From: an uncultured virus (IMG/VR IMGVR_UViG_3300010883_000002)
Taxonomy: Duplodnaviria; Heunggongvirae; Uroviricota; Caudoviricetes
IMG/VR virus record: IMGVR_UViG_3300010883_000002
DNA length: 64,000 bases
Reading direction: 5' to 3' (one strand)
In this document: in pieces, positions 1 through 10,973 of the stretch
Numbering within the stretch: the first letter of the stretch is position 1
Layout of the letters: each line of letters starts with the position of its first letter
Position numbers and translations under genes: made by a program
The notes under the pieces: model-generated
The model's input: the letters and a program-made list of their open reading frames with translations, nothing else
What the model was told of the DNA's origin: nothing
Database searches by the model: none

Positions 1-2352
1 AAAGCCACTGCAAAAACATCTAATACGTTTCCCGGCATTGAAGATTCAAATTTAGAAATTCCTTGGTCAATGGCTGAATATGGTAGTGGACCCCGCAAAG
101 CTTGGCGCAAGGATATTAAAAAGCGTAAAAGAAAAGGTCAGCTTTATTGCAAGAGCAAGTATTCATGTTATGGAAATTATACATCTGCGACAGTTCAAAA
201 ATGGAGGGCGGGTCTTTATCACAACGTTCACGGATTGGAAGATGCAAATGAACCATATAAGCACGGCACGCACGCACCACTGATGCCCGGTGATCAATTG
301 TTGTGCTGCGGCGGCAGTTCGCACCGAGCTACAAATAAAAAAGGATTTGGTACAAGACACAGCGGCAAAATGGATTTTAGACATGATAATGGAATTAGCC
401 ATGTTGTAACAGCGTTCTGCGGTGCTGATGGTCAATTATATATTGGTGAGTCAGGCGGCAGCTTTTCTGGAGTCGGTGCAACCCCCGTGGATGTTTATTT
501 TGAAAAGAAGCACAGAATGGTCCATTGGGCGTGGGAGATGGAAGAGTGGCACCGTGCATGGACAGAACACCCTGATGGCAGACCAACTGAAAAATGGACT
601 CCAGAAATGGCAAAAAAGTATTGCCCAGATGTTTTTGGAGATCCACCAGCAAATCTAGACGAACAAGCCACCGGAGATAAAGAAAAAACCGAGGGTGAAA
701 ATAACCCCGGCACAGATGCAGTTGACGCTGAAACACAAAAAGCCAACCCACCAGAGGAAGGTACAAAACCAGCCGAGGGGGAAACTCAGATAGAGCCGAA
801 GCCAGAAGGAGACAAGGAAGAAGAAACAGATTCAACGGACACAAAAAAGGCAGCAGAAGAAAAAGAAAAAGCAGAAAAATGTGCCGCAGAAAATAAACAA
901 AAGTTGGAGACTGAGAGAGAACACCTTGTTAAGATTCAACGGGGTCTGGGAAAAATTGTAGACGCTCCCGGTCTTTTCACCGGAGATAAGGTCGCACCGT
1001 TTGATGATACCACAGAGGCAAAGGGTGAGATGTTTGAGCTTAGAAAAGGGTTTCAGGCACCTGACCCCATCGACTCCGAACAAACAAAAGATACATGGCT
1101 GATGCCAACGGAAGAAGATGGAGATAATTTTGAAACTGGTGAAACAAAACTTCCCATTACTAAAGAAGATGTGATTCGTGTCGGTGAAGAAGAGGGCTGG
1201 TTTACTGATACTCCAATGTATCTTGCCTCTCCAAAATATCTTGGAGAAAACACTCAGGATGAAAAAGAAAAAATTGGCGAAACTACACAGATTAGAAAAG
1301 CACTTATAGATCAATATGCAACTAGAATAAAAAATATTGACGACAAATTAAAAGAAATAGAGAAGGAATGTAAAGACGAAGAAAAGGACGACAAAGATAA
1401 AGACCAAGAGGCGTCATCAGGAGCACCCGCCAGTGCCCCTTGTAAGCCCGGTGGCGGCGGCGGAAACTCTTCTAGGGGCGGTGGCGGCGGCGCTGACGCT
1501 TCTCCAAATAACAACCGAAGAAAACCGGACCCAAACACAACGGCTGATGCTTCAACAGGCTCAGCTACAATGGATTATAGTCAGGTTCAATATTTGGGCG
1601 AAGACATAGCAACTTCAGAACCAAGAGCCAAGTTGGTAAGAATTGATTTTGATGAGATCAGATATGACTTCCCCACGGGCAAAGGTGGCACATCGGCAAA
1701 GCTTAGAGAAGATGCAGCACACAATATGCTCAAGGCAAAAGAGGTGGTAAATAATCTTGGAGGAATAATTTGTCACATCGGCACGTTGAGAAATGTAAGT
1801 AAGCCATGTACCTCCCAGAACTGTAGTTCAACCTCTTTTCACTACACTGGGATGGCACTCGATCTTTATACTCACGCAGGAAGTATTTATTCTAAGGCTG
1901 ATGTTGACAAATGTGAGTACATCATTGAATATGATAACAACGAGGTCAGCAGTAAAGGTGATCCGTATTTCATTGTGTGGGCACGTTCAGATAAGCCGGG
2001 AGCAGAATTTGGGGGCTTCAAGGTGGAACAACGAACATTGAGTGCTGTAAAAACTCGCAGCGGCAGACCACCGGGAATTATTGAAGTTACGGGATATTTT
2101 ATGAACCTTACGGCAATTTTAGCAGCCTATGGTTATAAGAGAGTCAATGGTCGAAAAACATTTTATACAAAAAGTGGTCCCGGCGCAAGCGAGTGGTGGC
2201 ACTTTGAAACACATATTGGCTTGTCGGCTAGGAGTACATCCTACGGTTCTGTAATGGAGAAAATTTATACAGTAGACAAACTTTCAGGTACGCCTCCATA
2301 TGAACATAAACAATCACGATGGTCTGGTAGGGGCTTCCCGAAAGTCAAGTAA
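1..2352 (+). CDS. Virion-associated peptidoglycan hydrolase (5'-truncated): CHAP/NlpC-like N-terminal part, acidic linker, C-terminal M15-type Zn peptidase
   Basis: Frame is open from position 1 (aaa gcc act gca...), so the true start may lie upstream. The C-terminus has M15 motifs R..., SFHYTGMALD and EWWHFE. The N-terminal SHVVTAF...IGESGG resembles the catalytic His region of CHAP. Lies just before the spike and gp25 genes. Confidence 0.7.
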   Translation, partial: KATAKTSNTFPGIEDSNLEIPWSMAEYGSGPRKAWRKDIKKRKRKGQLYCKSKYSCYGNYTSATVQKWRAGLYHNVHGLEDANEPYKHGTHAPLMPGDQLLCCGGSSHRATNKKGFGTRHSGKMDFRHDNGISHVVTAFCGADGQLYIGESGGSFSGVGATPVDVYFEKKHRMVHWAWEMEEWHRAWTEHPDGRPTEKWTPEMAKKYCPDVFGDPPANLDEQATGDKEKTEGENNPGTDAVDAETQKANPPEEGTKPAEGETQIEPKPEGDKEEETDSTDTKKAAEEKEKAEKCAAENKQKLETEREHLVKIQRGLGKIVDAPGLFTGDKVAPFDDTTEAKGEMFELRKGFQAPDPIDSEQTKDTWLMPTEEDGDNFETGETKLPITKEDVIRVGEEEGWFTDTPMYLASPKYLGENTQDEKEKIGETTQIRKALIDQYATRIKNIDDKLKEIEKECKDEEKDDKDKDQEASSGAPASAPCKPGGGGGNSSRGGGGGADASPNNNRRKPDPNTTADASTGSATMDYSQVQYLGEDIATSEPRAKLVRIDFDEIRYDFPTGKGGTSAKLREDAAHNMLKAKEVVNNLGGIICHIGTLRNVSKPCTSQNCSSTSFHYTGMALDLYTHAGSIYSKADVDKCEYIIEYDNNEVSSKGDPYFIVWARSDKPGAEFGGFKVEQRTLSAVKTRSGRPPGIIEVTGYFMNLTAILAAYGYKRVNGRKTFYTKSGPGASEWWHFETHIGLSARSTSYGSVMEKIYTVDKLSGTPPYEHKQSRWSGRGFPKVK

Positions 2353-2369
2353 AATAAGGAGTATAAGAC

Positions 2370-3353
2370 GTGAGTGAAACATTTGATAAAATAGGACATT
2401 GGATTGGGGAGTGGTTTGGAAATCCGCTGGAACCCACTGGTGGTGGTATCGACCCTGCCGCCGAGAGAAAGCAAGAGGCTTCAAGGGATCAGCTTTCAAA
2501 CACCACACGGGGGCAGTTTAATGATGCTCTGCGTGAACCAGTCCCTCAGTTTAAAGATACGCTAGCTGAGCGGGTTTATAAAAATGCCAACAACGCTTGG
2601 ATTGTTCTCGGAAGAGATCGTCCCGGCAGTCGAGCCAGTGGCTATGGTGGTAAGGGTCACACACAAGCTGGCACTATCGATCTGTGTGTTGGTAGGATGG
2701 GCAGCAAGCCGAAGGAATATGAGAACTCAGGGACAGGAAAAGAGCGTGTCTATGTAGATAACAACTTCACGGTAGATTCTGCAAGAATTTACATTAGTCA
2801 AAAAACTGATGTGGACAAAAATTTTAATTTAGCTGCTGGGCAAGTTGGAATGGCAAATACTAAATCTGCCGTAGCACTGAAAGCAGACCATTGCCGTATC
2901 ATTGCTAGAGAAGGAATTAAACTTATTACGAAGACTGATAGGAAAAATTCTCAAGGGGCAGAAGTAAAAGCTGTGTCTGGCATAGACTTGATTGCTGGTA
3001 ACGATGACGAAAAGTTGCAACCAATTCCAGTTGGCGATAATCTTGTTGAAGCATTGCAGAGGTTAACTCACCACCTTAATAAATTGAATGGCATCGTTGA
3101 TAATCTTTTAATGATTCAGATGATGTTTAATCAAGTGTTAACGAGTCACTTCCACCAATCTCCTTTCTTTGGCATCTGCACATCTCCATCGATCCCTGTG
3201 GTTCCAATGGGTATAGTAACTATGATCAGACATTATGCCCAAACAAAACGTTCTCTCATGACGCATAAAGCAAACTTGGAAACTTATAAAGCAACATACT
3301 TAACTGTTTCCGGCGACAAATGGATCTTGAGCAGATACAATAACGTGAACTAG
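2370..3353 (+). CDS. Baseplate central spike-like protein (gp5/gpV C-terminal type)
   Basis: GTG start after AAGGAG. Short beta-repeat-like segments (DSARIYISQ, KADHCRIIAREGIKLIT) and a C-terminal HFH (HxH) motif like the Fe-binding tips of P2 gpV/phi92 gp138. Baseplate context. Confidence 0.6.
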   Translation: MSETFDKIGHWIGEWFGNPLEPTGGGIDPAAERKQEASRDQLSNTTRGQFNDALREPVPQFKDTLAERVYKNANNAWIVLGRDRPGSRASGYGGKGHTQAGTIDLCVGRMGSKPKEYENSGTGKERVYVDNNFTVDSARIYISQKTDVDKNFNLAAGQVGMANTKSAVALKADHCRIIAREGIKLITKTDRKNSQGAEVKAVSGIDLIAGNDDEKLQPIPVGDNLVEALQRLTHHLNKLNGIVDNLLMIQMMFNQVLTSHFHQSPFFGICTSPSIPVVPMGIVTMIRHYAQTKRSLMTHKANLETYKATYLTVSGDKWILSRYNNVN

Positions 3354-3362
3354 GATAACCTG

Positions 3363-6300
3363 ATGGCAACTACTTTTAAAATTACTGCGATAGGGTGCGA
3401 CACTAGCGGGTCAAAGAACACCGACGATCAAATGCGTTCGGCTAGTATTGATGCACTTTATAACGCAGTCAACCAAGCGGTTGATAATCCTTCAGTAACT
3501 CAAGGTGAATCAGTCGGTTCGTTTCATTCGGGGCACCCCGTAGACAAGTCTGGTATATTTGCACACACCCAAAAATATTTACTCAGGAGTACATTTAAGG
3601 GAAATGTTCTTAGTTGTAAATCTCTAGGATTAAAGATACAGTTTGAGTTTGATGCTGATGCGTTAAGGCAAGTTCTTGTTGATGCTGGTGCGCTTGAGGG
3701 AGTAACCCCCAAATGCCCAGAGGGTGAAGAATGGGACGGCGAACAGTGTGTTCCAATTCCCGTCGAAGAAGAAGAACCTCCTGCGGCAGAGGTTCCAGAC
3801 GAAGACGCTGACACCGACGACTATGGCACAGACGATAGCTATGATACTGACATGAACAAAACTTCAGTTATGCCACAAGTGCCAGAGTCTCCGACTCACA
3901 GAGTAAAAACAAAGGGTAGCAGATTAGCGTTAAGATTTGATCCAGCCGAAGTCGCAGTGGCAGAAGGTGCTAGCGCCGACCGGGATAAAAAGGGCGGTCT
4001 GATCTTGATGATTCGCAACGGCACAAAGATTATTGTACTTGACGAAGGGCAGGGTCATGATTGCGAGTGGTCACAAGTTCATATTCCCGGTGGCAACATC
4101 GGGTGGATGTACAACAAGTTTATTGAAAAACTATCTGATCAGCCAGAATCTCTAGAGATTAAATGCACCAATGAAAATATTACTTGGGGCGCTGCGGAAG
4201 ACTGGACCACTAAGGAAATTAATAAACCGTATGAAGATAAGGCTATGTTACAATGGCGGGTTTCATACGAAACAGAATGGGAATCCACTGGCGGCGATCA
4301 GCTAGAAAATAGGATGATGGAATCTCGTTATGGTGGGTTGAAATTAATTCTAGATCACCTTGCGAAAGACTCTACAGAAGAACAGATGGAAAAAATTCTC
4401 TCTGCCTTTGTTGGAGTCAGGAGTTATGATTATTATGTAGACCCTCGACCAAATTCAATGATGAGGGTGTTGGTTGTTATAGACAAGAAATATATTGAAG
4501 CCCTTCCCGATGCACTTCCAGACATAGTGTCTGATGGCATTGATATGGATTCTGGTGGGGATGTTTCTACGCAGACTTACGAAACAGTTCCTTATAATGT
4601 AAGAGAGTGTGTTTATCATTCTATGACGCTCCGAGGTGACACATGGGAAGAAAAACTTGTTAAGTGTGGCGATTATATGAGGGGTCACGCTAGCTTGGCT
4701 GATAAGTTTGATGGAACAATAGAGACTTTAGATTTGAGAAAGGAGGCACAGCGCCTAGAGGGACTTCGCTCTAAAATTCTTAATCTTTGTTCTACGAATG
4801 GCGCTACTTTCGGTCAGGACGATTCTCTTGAGATCGGTGCCGACGAAAATCTTGTACCGTGTTATGCCGCACTACAGACAGAAGGCGGCGAATATAAATA
4901 TTTTAAGAAAGGTATCGAAGCTTTCAAGGACGGAGAGGGAACTGATTCTGAAAGAACCATGAACTATTTCTTCCGTCTTTATGACATGTCAGCTTCGTCT
5001 TCATCTCCGCAGGCTATGACATGGACAGATTTTGTTAGTTATAACACTAGACCAGTTGTTGTGATTAAACCGTCTGGAAATAAAGATGAGCAGCCAGCAG
5101 ACATTAGTGATGCCTCTGTCGATAAAAATTCTTCTACATCTGGAAACACCACAGCAGATAAAGTTGATGAAGAAATTAGTGGACCAGAAGCAGCAAGCAG
5201 AACAACCGGAGAAGACGGTGCAGGAGGGGGAGAACAGTGTTTACCAATCCTTGAAGGAAATTTACCTGATATTAAGATCAAAGCTTTCGTTGGGTTTGAG
5301 GGAAAAAAACAAGAAGACCTTATGCTCAAGGGCGAAGAGTTATTAAGTAAGGTTTGGGAAGAAGCTAAAAGTTCAAAAGATTACGTCGGAGATACGGTCA
5401 CTTCTGATATACAAGCTCTTCAAGATAAAATTACCACCCTAGACGATGTGTTCGCTGAGGTATTAAATAAAGTCAGCTTGGGTGACTTGATGGCGGCTGC
5501 TGCCAAATGTATTAAGGTTGGCAACTTTAACTTTGATTTAGACTTCCCAGAACTTAGGCTTCCGTGTTTGGAATTACCAGCCATTCCAACAATAGGACTT
5601 CCAGATAGTTTACCGACTGATGACATTATGGCAGACCTTTCTGTTGCGATTTCAGATATGATTATGGACTTGCTAACTCAATTGTTTGTTGAAATGGTTA
5701 AAGGCATACTTGATCAGTTGTTGGACATATGTGACTCTTCTGATGAAGATGGAGATTTCGGCGCAGAAGGACTTAATGATAAGCTGGACGACGCTGTGCC
5801 AAGAGGACCACTATCTCACAAAGCAACCGAAGATTTAAAACTAGGAATTATGAAGGCGGCTGGTTTATTTCCAACCGTCCCACAACACCCGACTGATAGA
5901 AAGGACGCTATAGATTGTATTACTGCTCTCCTTGATGATGTGGCTACGTTATTAACTCCGATTGAATTGTGCAAGCTTTTGAAAGGGGAAGCCTCTAACC
6001 AAGCGATAGCTTTGATACGCTCTTTAATTAAGCGAAAGCATCCGTGTGTTGCCGACCGCTTAAAAACAAAAACAGCAATTATTAACTTGTTTATCTTAAT
6101 TGGAAATGTGGTTAACAGTCAATTTTGTGATGATTTGTCTCGACGTGGACCACCAATGCTTCCACCGGGCAGCAAGCTTCCATGCGACGATGACGGCTCT
6201 GTTGGTAGTTTGCGTGATGACTTGCTGAGGGGCAAGGGAGATAATTTGATTACAGACGATCAAATTGCTGAGCTTCTTGACCGAGCGAGAAAAAGAAAAA

Positions 6301-9300
6301 AAGATCAAGCAAAGAAGTTGTTGGACAACATGAACAAGTTCAAAGACTTGCAAGATGGCAAAGGAAACCCGTTCCAGCTTCCACCATTGTTTTGTGGGGA
6401 AGGTCCAAGAGGTGAACCTCTTCCCGGTCTGATGCAACTAGAACACCCGTCAGCAGATTTTATGTTAGAAAAAGTGTTGCAGACAATGTACGAGCCTGTC
6501 TACATGGCATTTAATCGAGATGCAAAAGACTTTGCCCCAACCTTAATCCAGAGCACAACTGAGAAGGTTGCCATTCCTATTTTTCTTTCTGGCGATGGTA
6601 TCGACCTGAGCGACGAGATGTATCACCCAGAAATTTTAAAGATGGAGGGTCAAGGCGTTGATCGAAAGATGGTCGAACAAGCGGCAATACCGAATCTCTA
6701 TAATGGTGAACAAGACGGCATTTGGGTAGACGTGGCTTCAAGAAAAGTTTCCCCAACGTTAAGAAATCTACTTCAACAGATGGAGACAAATGGAAGTTTT
6801 AATACGAAGTTGGACCATGAGGGAATTTATTTTGAACTTGTTCTACCACAAGAACAAACAGTGCTAGATGGTGTTGCAGAATTACAAAAACAATTTGATA
6901 AGTTAAAGGAAATACCGGACTTTGAAGATAACTTTGGTGAGATACCGGACTTGGCTGTGCTTGCAGATGTAGTGCCAGAGTGGAGAGTAAGATACAAGGT
7001 TCCTTGGCAGCACCTTGATAAAGATAAGGGGCAACAAGTTGACGACGAATATATTGTTCACATTTTCCCGAACGCCGATTATGATGCAGACGAAGGTTTA
7101 AGAACTCTTGTAGAGGAAGAGATTCCTGAAGCTGTTAAATCTTATATCCAAAGTCCGTGGGGTCAAGGCGGCGGCGGGGTCATTGGTGATGCCGATGGCG
7201 GGTTAGGAATGACGGTTGAGGTTTTAACAGAGGACGATCTAGAAGAAAATCTAGAAGAAGAAAACGAGGCAGCTAGAGATACTACAAAATATGCTTTGAG
7301 GTTCGACGAAAGTGTTGACTTGGGAGAGTGGGCTGATCTCGGATATATTATTTTTAATGTATACCCAGTATCAAAAGATCCATGTAACAGTGACGATGAC
7401 ATTGAGGGCGAAGCAATTGGGACTGTGAACTTTCCGTGGGATTTGTGGAACCTACTTGGGGATGCAAATTCTGTAGACGACATTGTTGATATAATTTCAA
7501 GAATGGGGTCCGAGGAAAAGTGTACAGCCATACGCTTGGTTATGTCTGGGTTGATCGGAAACATTTTTCCAACCATAGTTGAAAAACTAAATGAATTGTT
7601 TGAAGATTGTGAACTCACATATGATGAGATAAAAAATTCTGAACGATACATGGCTCCACCACCACATGCGGTTTTTGGCAAACATGTATCAAATATTTGG
7701 ACTGACGCAATTGCCTCCACTGGTTTTGATTTTGCAACCGATCTAGAAGCTCTGCCACAGCTTGAAACTTTCCAAACAAAGTTGTCAGACTATTTTACTC
7801 ATTATGTCCACCCACAAATTTCAAAGGATTTATTGGCGTTGGTTTCTAAGCAAGTTGCTGATTCTATTTTGTTCGGGCGCAAAGAATTTATGATGCCATC
7901 GGGCGGCGGATCTGGCGCTGCTGCGATCACGTCCAGACAACCCTATCTAGAATTATTAAAGCTTTCAATTAATCCAAAAGCCTCTGAACTTGCGTGTGGC
8001 ATTAATCCACATTTATTAAACATTCAACAAGCAAAAGAAGCTGCAAAAAAGAAACATAAGGATTCCGGTGGGCTTTGTGGGAACTTGAACAAGGTAAAAA
8101 CAGACGGCTCTAAGAGAGAGGATCAGGATTCTCTAGAGGATTCTGTGCTGGATACACTTGTGGTCATAACGATCAGAGCTTATATGATTGATTATTTCTT
8201 AAGAGGTATTTTCCCATTTACAGAGTTTAAATTAGAAGAGACAATGGATGGATACCTTGTTGAATTTATTGTCGAGAATATTCTTAGTGAACTGGCTTCG
8301 TTTAAGACAGGTTATGTTGAGTCTTTCAGCGAACGTGCTACCCATGTGTATCAAGGATTGGTCGAAGCTGGGGAGATTGATTGGGCACCAATTAATAAAC
8401 TTCAAAATGAAGAGTTGTCAGAAGAGGGTGCTGATGCTTCTGTAGACGAAGAAGAACACATGAAGGTTGGTCTTAGAGAATTATGCAGGTATCAAATGAT
8501 CAGTGTTTCAAAAGATATTGGCAAAATTATTAAAAGAGACTTGCCCGGTATTAGCCCACAACATAAAAATATTCATGATTGGTTTTTAGAAGATTGGCTT
8601 GCGCTTATTGACATTGCAAAGTATGAAGACGAGGATGAAAGTGGTGTAGAAACGTGGTCTACTCGGTTCACACAACCTGAGTCTACGTTTTCTTCTCTTT
8701 TAGAATATAATACTGGAGATGCCCCATCGGATGCTGCTGCAATAGCTGCCAAAGATTATGATTATAAAACATGGACTACGCTGATGAGTGACATTCAATC
8801 AGGCGACAGACCATCTAATAAACAAAAACTTACTTTGAAAACTGAATTCGGTAACGGCAAACCGTTTGATTTGGAGAATGGAAATCTATTTCTTGAGAAG
8901 TATATGAGGGTTGTGAGAAGGTCTTCAGAAGACATGCTTGCGATGCTCAGTTATCCAAGAGAAGGAGAAGACGAAGAGGGGAACACAATTACAATTCCGG
9001 CTAAGATTGGCTATGGTAGCAAGGCAACGGAGATTATTAATGGCTTTAAAGCCACCCTCTTGGGACAGGAAAATGGTCCGTTTGACAATAGCACCAGTTC
9101 GTCTGATGATTATATAGCGGTCGATCAATTCGATGACTGGTTCAAGGCGTTTAGACAGTGGTATATCGACGAGGTTGCAGAATTTGCTGTAGCTGATGTG
9201 GAAGAGATTGAACGCCACATAACTCTTAATGATTTTTTTGAAGAGATTTCGTTCGGGTTACGGCTGATGCACACCACACCAATTACAAATAATCAATTTG

Positions 9301-10505
9301 TTTACGATACGGCAGACAGTAATTTTGTTTCTTCAACGGAAACAGATATGTCGGCTTATTATTTTGCAGGAGTAGATCAGTTCGGAGAAAAGAAAGTAGA
9401 CCAGAATGCCATCTGGGATTGGTCTGAGCTTGGTAAATTTAACCCTTCGATGGTTAAACTAAGAGAGAAGAAGAAAGCTTTTTCAGTACCAGAACAGCTT
9501 CCAGATATTGAAGAGGTTAATGCGTTCAGTGAAGTCAGCAATCAACAAAGCCGAATCAGTAATCATAATTTAGTGCGAGAACTTCACATAACTCCGCTCG
9601 TTGATACTTCAATGGGAAGAGCTATTGGAAGTGACAACTTGTTTTGGAGCGGCTGGGGGAACATGTCGCTGAATGAAGAGGCACAGCAAGAAATGATGGC
9701 TTCTAGTTTTGTAAGCCTATATGACGATGCCTTGCCTGAGCTTAGAACGAAACTTAGAGAAAGCAAAGAATATCAGACTTTGTTTTATTTCTGCTTCCCG
9801 CTGGAAAGATATTTGGGGCTGATCACGGTTTATAGTATTATGTCTGTGTCTGCGATGGCAAATGTTCCTCTGGTTTTTGTTAATACAAAATCAGAGCTTC
9901 ATAGGTTGTGGTGGGTTCTTATGTCAGGCGGCGATTATAAGTACGAAGATCCTGTTATGAAAATGGTCGGTCAAAACTCTGGCGTGGCACAAATGCTAGA
10001 CAACGTTGGCGGCACATTAGAAAAGTGTTTGGGATTCTCTTTTGGACTACCAGACTTCTCACTGCCGGGAATTGATATTATTGTCAAATTCTCGATTAAG
10101 ACGCCACCGTTGATTTTCAAAGGTATTATAGAATTTATTGATCCAAACATTAAACTTGCTAAGTGGATTGTTGACTTGGCAAAACTATTAGGAATGTGTT
10201 TACCAATGCCTATGGTTTCGTTTGGGTTATTACCAATTAATATTTTTGGTATGGCTCCACTTGGCATCGGCTGGGGTCCACCTTTGACTCCACTGGGAAT
10301 GATTTATCTTGCGATGGGCTTTGGCTCCTTTGAGTTCAATTCTGAATCACTATTTGCCGAGGAAGATGATGACCAAGATTTCCTTGGGTCTGTGGGAGCC
10401 ACAGGGTTGCAAGCGTGTGAGGATGTGAAGGAAACGGATCGAGAAGAAGTCCAAGCTCTAAAGGACAAGATAGACCGGGAAAAAGGCAACAAACAAGATA
10501 CTTAG
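3363..10505 (+). CDS. Giant (2380 aa) virion protein with SH3b-like domain and C-terminal hydrophobic segments
   Basis: Long uninterrupted ORF. HRVKTKGSRLALRFDP...EWSQVHIPGGNIGWMYNKFI resembles bacterial SH3. Hydrophobic C-terminal stretch LLGMCLPMPMVSFGLLPINIFG...LGMIYLAMGFG. Lies between spike and gp25. Confidence 0.6.
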   Translation: MATTFKITAIGCDTSGSKNTDDQMRSASIDALYNAVNQAVDNPSVTQGESVGSFHSGHPVDKSGIFAHTQKYLLRSTFKGNVLSCKSLGLKIQFEFDADALRQVLVDAGALEGVTPKCPEGEEWDGEQCVPIPVEEEEPPAAEVPDEDADTDDYGTDDSYDTDMNKTSVMPQVPESPTHRVKTKGSRLALRFDPAEVAVAEGASADRDKKGGLILMIRNGTKIIVLDEGQGHDCEWSQVHIPGGNIGWMYNKFIEKLSDQPESLEIKCTNENITWGAAEDWTTKEINKPYEDKAMLQWRVSYETEWESTGGDQLENRMMESRYGGLKLILDHLAKDSTEEQMEKILSAFVGVRSYDYYVDPRPNSMMRVLVVIDKKYIEALPDALPDIVSDGIDMDSGGDVSTQTYETVPYNVRECVYHSMTLRGDTWEEKLVKCGDYMRGHASLADKFDGTIETLDLRKEAQRLEGLRSKILNLCSTNGATFGQDDSLEIGADENLVPCYAALQTEGGEYKYFKKGIEAFKDGEGTDSERTMNYFFRLYDMSASSSSPQAMTWTDFVSYNTRPVVVIKPSGNKDEQPADISDASVDKNSSTSGNTTADKVDEEISGPEAASRTTGEDGAGGGEQCLPILEGNLPDIKIKAFVGFEGKKQEDLMLKGEELLSKVWEEAKSSKDYVGDTVTSDIQALQDKITTLDDVFAEVLNKVSLGDLMAAAAKCIKVGNFNFDLDFPELRLPCLELPAIPTIGLPDSLPTDDIMADLSVAISDMIMDLLTQLFVEMVKGILDQLLDICDSSDEDGDFGAEGLNDKLDDAVPRGPLSHKATEDLKLGIMKAAGLFPTVPQHPTDRKDAIDCITALLDDVATLLTPIELCKLLKGEASNQAIALIRSLIKRKHPCVADRLKTKTAIINLFILIGNVVNSQFCDDLSRRGPPMLPPGSKLPCDDDGSVGSLRDDLLRGKGDNLITDDQIAELLDRARKRKKDQAKKLLDNMNKFKDLQDGKGNPFQLPPLFCGEGPRGEPLPGLMQLEHPSADFMLEKVLQTMYEPVYMAFNRDAKDFAPTLIQSTTEKVAIPIFLSGDGIDLSDEMYHPEILKMEGQGVDRKMVEQAAIPNLYNGEQDGIWVDVASRKVSPTLRNLLQQMETNGSFNTKLDHEGIYFELVLPQEQTVLDGVAELQKQFDKLKEIPDFEDNFGEIPDLAVLADVVPEWRVRYKVPWQHLDKDKGQQVDDEYIVHIFPNADYDADEGLRTLVEEEIPEAVKSYIQSPWGQGGGGVIGDADGGLGMTVEVLTEDDLEENLEEENEAARDTTKYALRFDESVDLGEWADLGYIIFNVYPVSKDPCNSDDDIEGEAIGTVNFPWDLWNLLGDANSVDDIVDIISRMGSEEKCTAIRLVMSGLIGNIFPTIVEKLNELFEDCELTYDEIKNSERYMAPPPHAVFGKHVSNIWTDAIASTGFDFATDLEALPQLETFQTKLSDYFTHYVHPQISKDLLALVSKQVADSILFGRKEFMMPSGGGSGAAAITSRQPYLELLKLSINPKASELACGINPHLLNIQQAKEAAKKKHKDSGGLCGNLNKVKTDGSKREDQDSLEDSVLDTLVVITIRAYMIDYFLRGIFPFTEFKLEETMDGYLVEFIVENILSELASFKTGYVESFSERATHVYQGLVEAGEIDWAPINKLQNEELSEEGADASVDEEEHMKVGLRELCRYQMISVSKDIGKIIKRDLPGISPQHKNIHDWFLEDWLALIDIAKYEDEDESGVETWSTRFTQPESTFSSLLEYNTGDAPSDAAAIAAKDYDYKTWTTLMSDIQSGDRPSNKQKLTLKTEFGNGKPFDLENGNLFLEKYMRVVRRSSEDMLAMLSYPREGEDEEGNTITIPAKIGYGSKATEIINGFKATLLGQENGPFDNSTSSSDDYIAVDQFDDWFKAFRQWYIDEVAEFAVADVEEIERHITLNDFFEEISFGLRLMHTTPITNNQFVYDTADSNFVSSTETDMSAYYFAGVDQFGEKKVDQNAIWDWSELGKFNPSMVKLREKKKAFSVPEQLPDIEEVNAFSEVSNQQSRISNHNLVRELHITPLVDTSMGRAIGSDNLFWSGWGNMSLNEEAQQEMMASSFVSLYDDALPELRTKLRESKEYQTLFYFCFPLERYLGLITVYSIMSVSAMANVPLVFVNTKSELHRLWWVLMSGGDYKYEDPVMKMVGQNSGVAQMLDNVGGTLEKCLGFSFGLPDFSLPGIDIIVKFSIKTPPLIFKGIIEFIDPNIKLAKWIVDLAKLLGMCLPMPMVSFGLLPINIFGMAPLGIGWGPPLTPLGMIYLAMGFGSFEFNSESLFAEEDDDQDFLGSVGATGLQACEDVKETDREEVQALKDKIDREKGNKQDT

Positions 10506-10526
10506 TGAGTGGGAGAATACAAATAG

Positions 10527-10958
10527 ATGGCGAGATCAAGAATAAGAGGCTTATCACCGAAGCTACCGTTAGCTTTAGATGAACAAGATGGCTATGCATT
10601 AAACAAGACATATAAGGAAATGGTAAGCCAGAACCTTAAAATGTTAATTTTAACTGTTCCCGGCGAGAGAATGATGGACCCCTTATTTGGCGTAGGTCTA
10701 AAGCGGTACTTATTTGAAATGAACATTGCATCCGTGCATGGAGCGTTGTCAGCCAAAATATACGAACAGGTTAAGCGGTACTTGCCCTTTCTTGATTTAG
10801 AGGGGGTTGATTTTTATACATCGGAAACAAACCCTGAACTTGGAGACAATTATTTACACATGGTAATAAGCTATCGTATTATCCCGCTCGATCAAACGGG
10901 CATTCTGGATGTAGATTTAAACTCGTCAGCACTAATTAGAGATGTAGATTGTGCATAA
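10527..10958 (+). CDS. Baseplate wedge subunit, T4 gp25/GPW-like
   Basis: NLKMLILTVPGERMMDPLFGVGLKRYLFE is the gp25 family signature; 143 aa. Confidence 0.92.
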   Translation: MARSRIRGLSPKLPLALDEQDGYALNKTYKEMVSQNLKMLILTVPGERMMDPLFGVGLKRYLFEMNIASVHGALSAKIYEQVKRYLPFLDLEGVDFYTSETNPELGDNYLHMVISYRIIPLDQTGILDVDLNSSALIRDVDCA

Positions 10959-10973
10959 TTTGGAGAACGTGGT

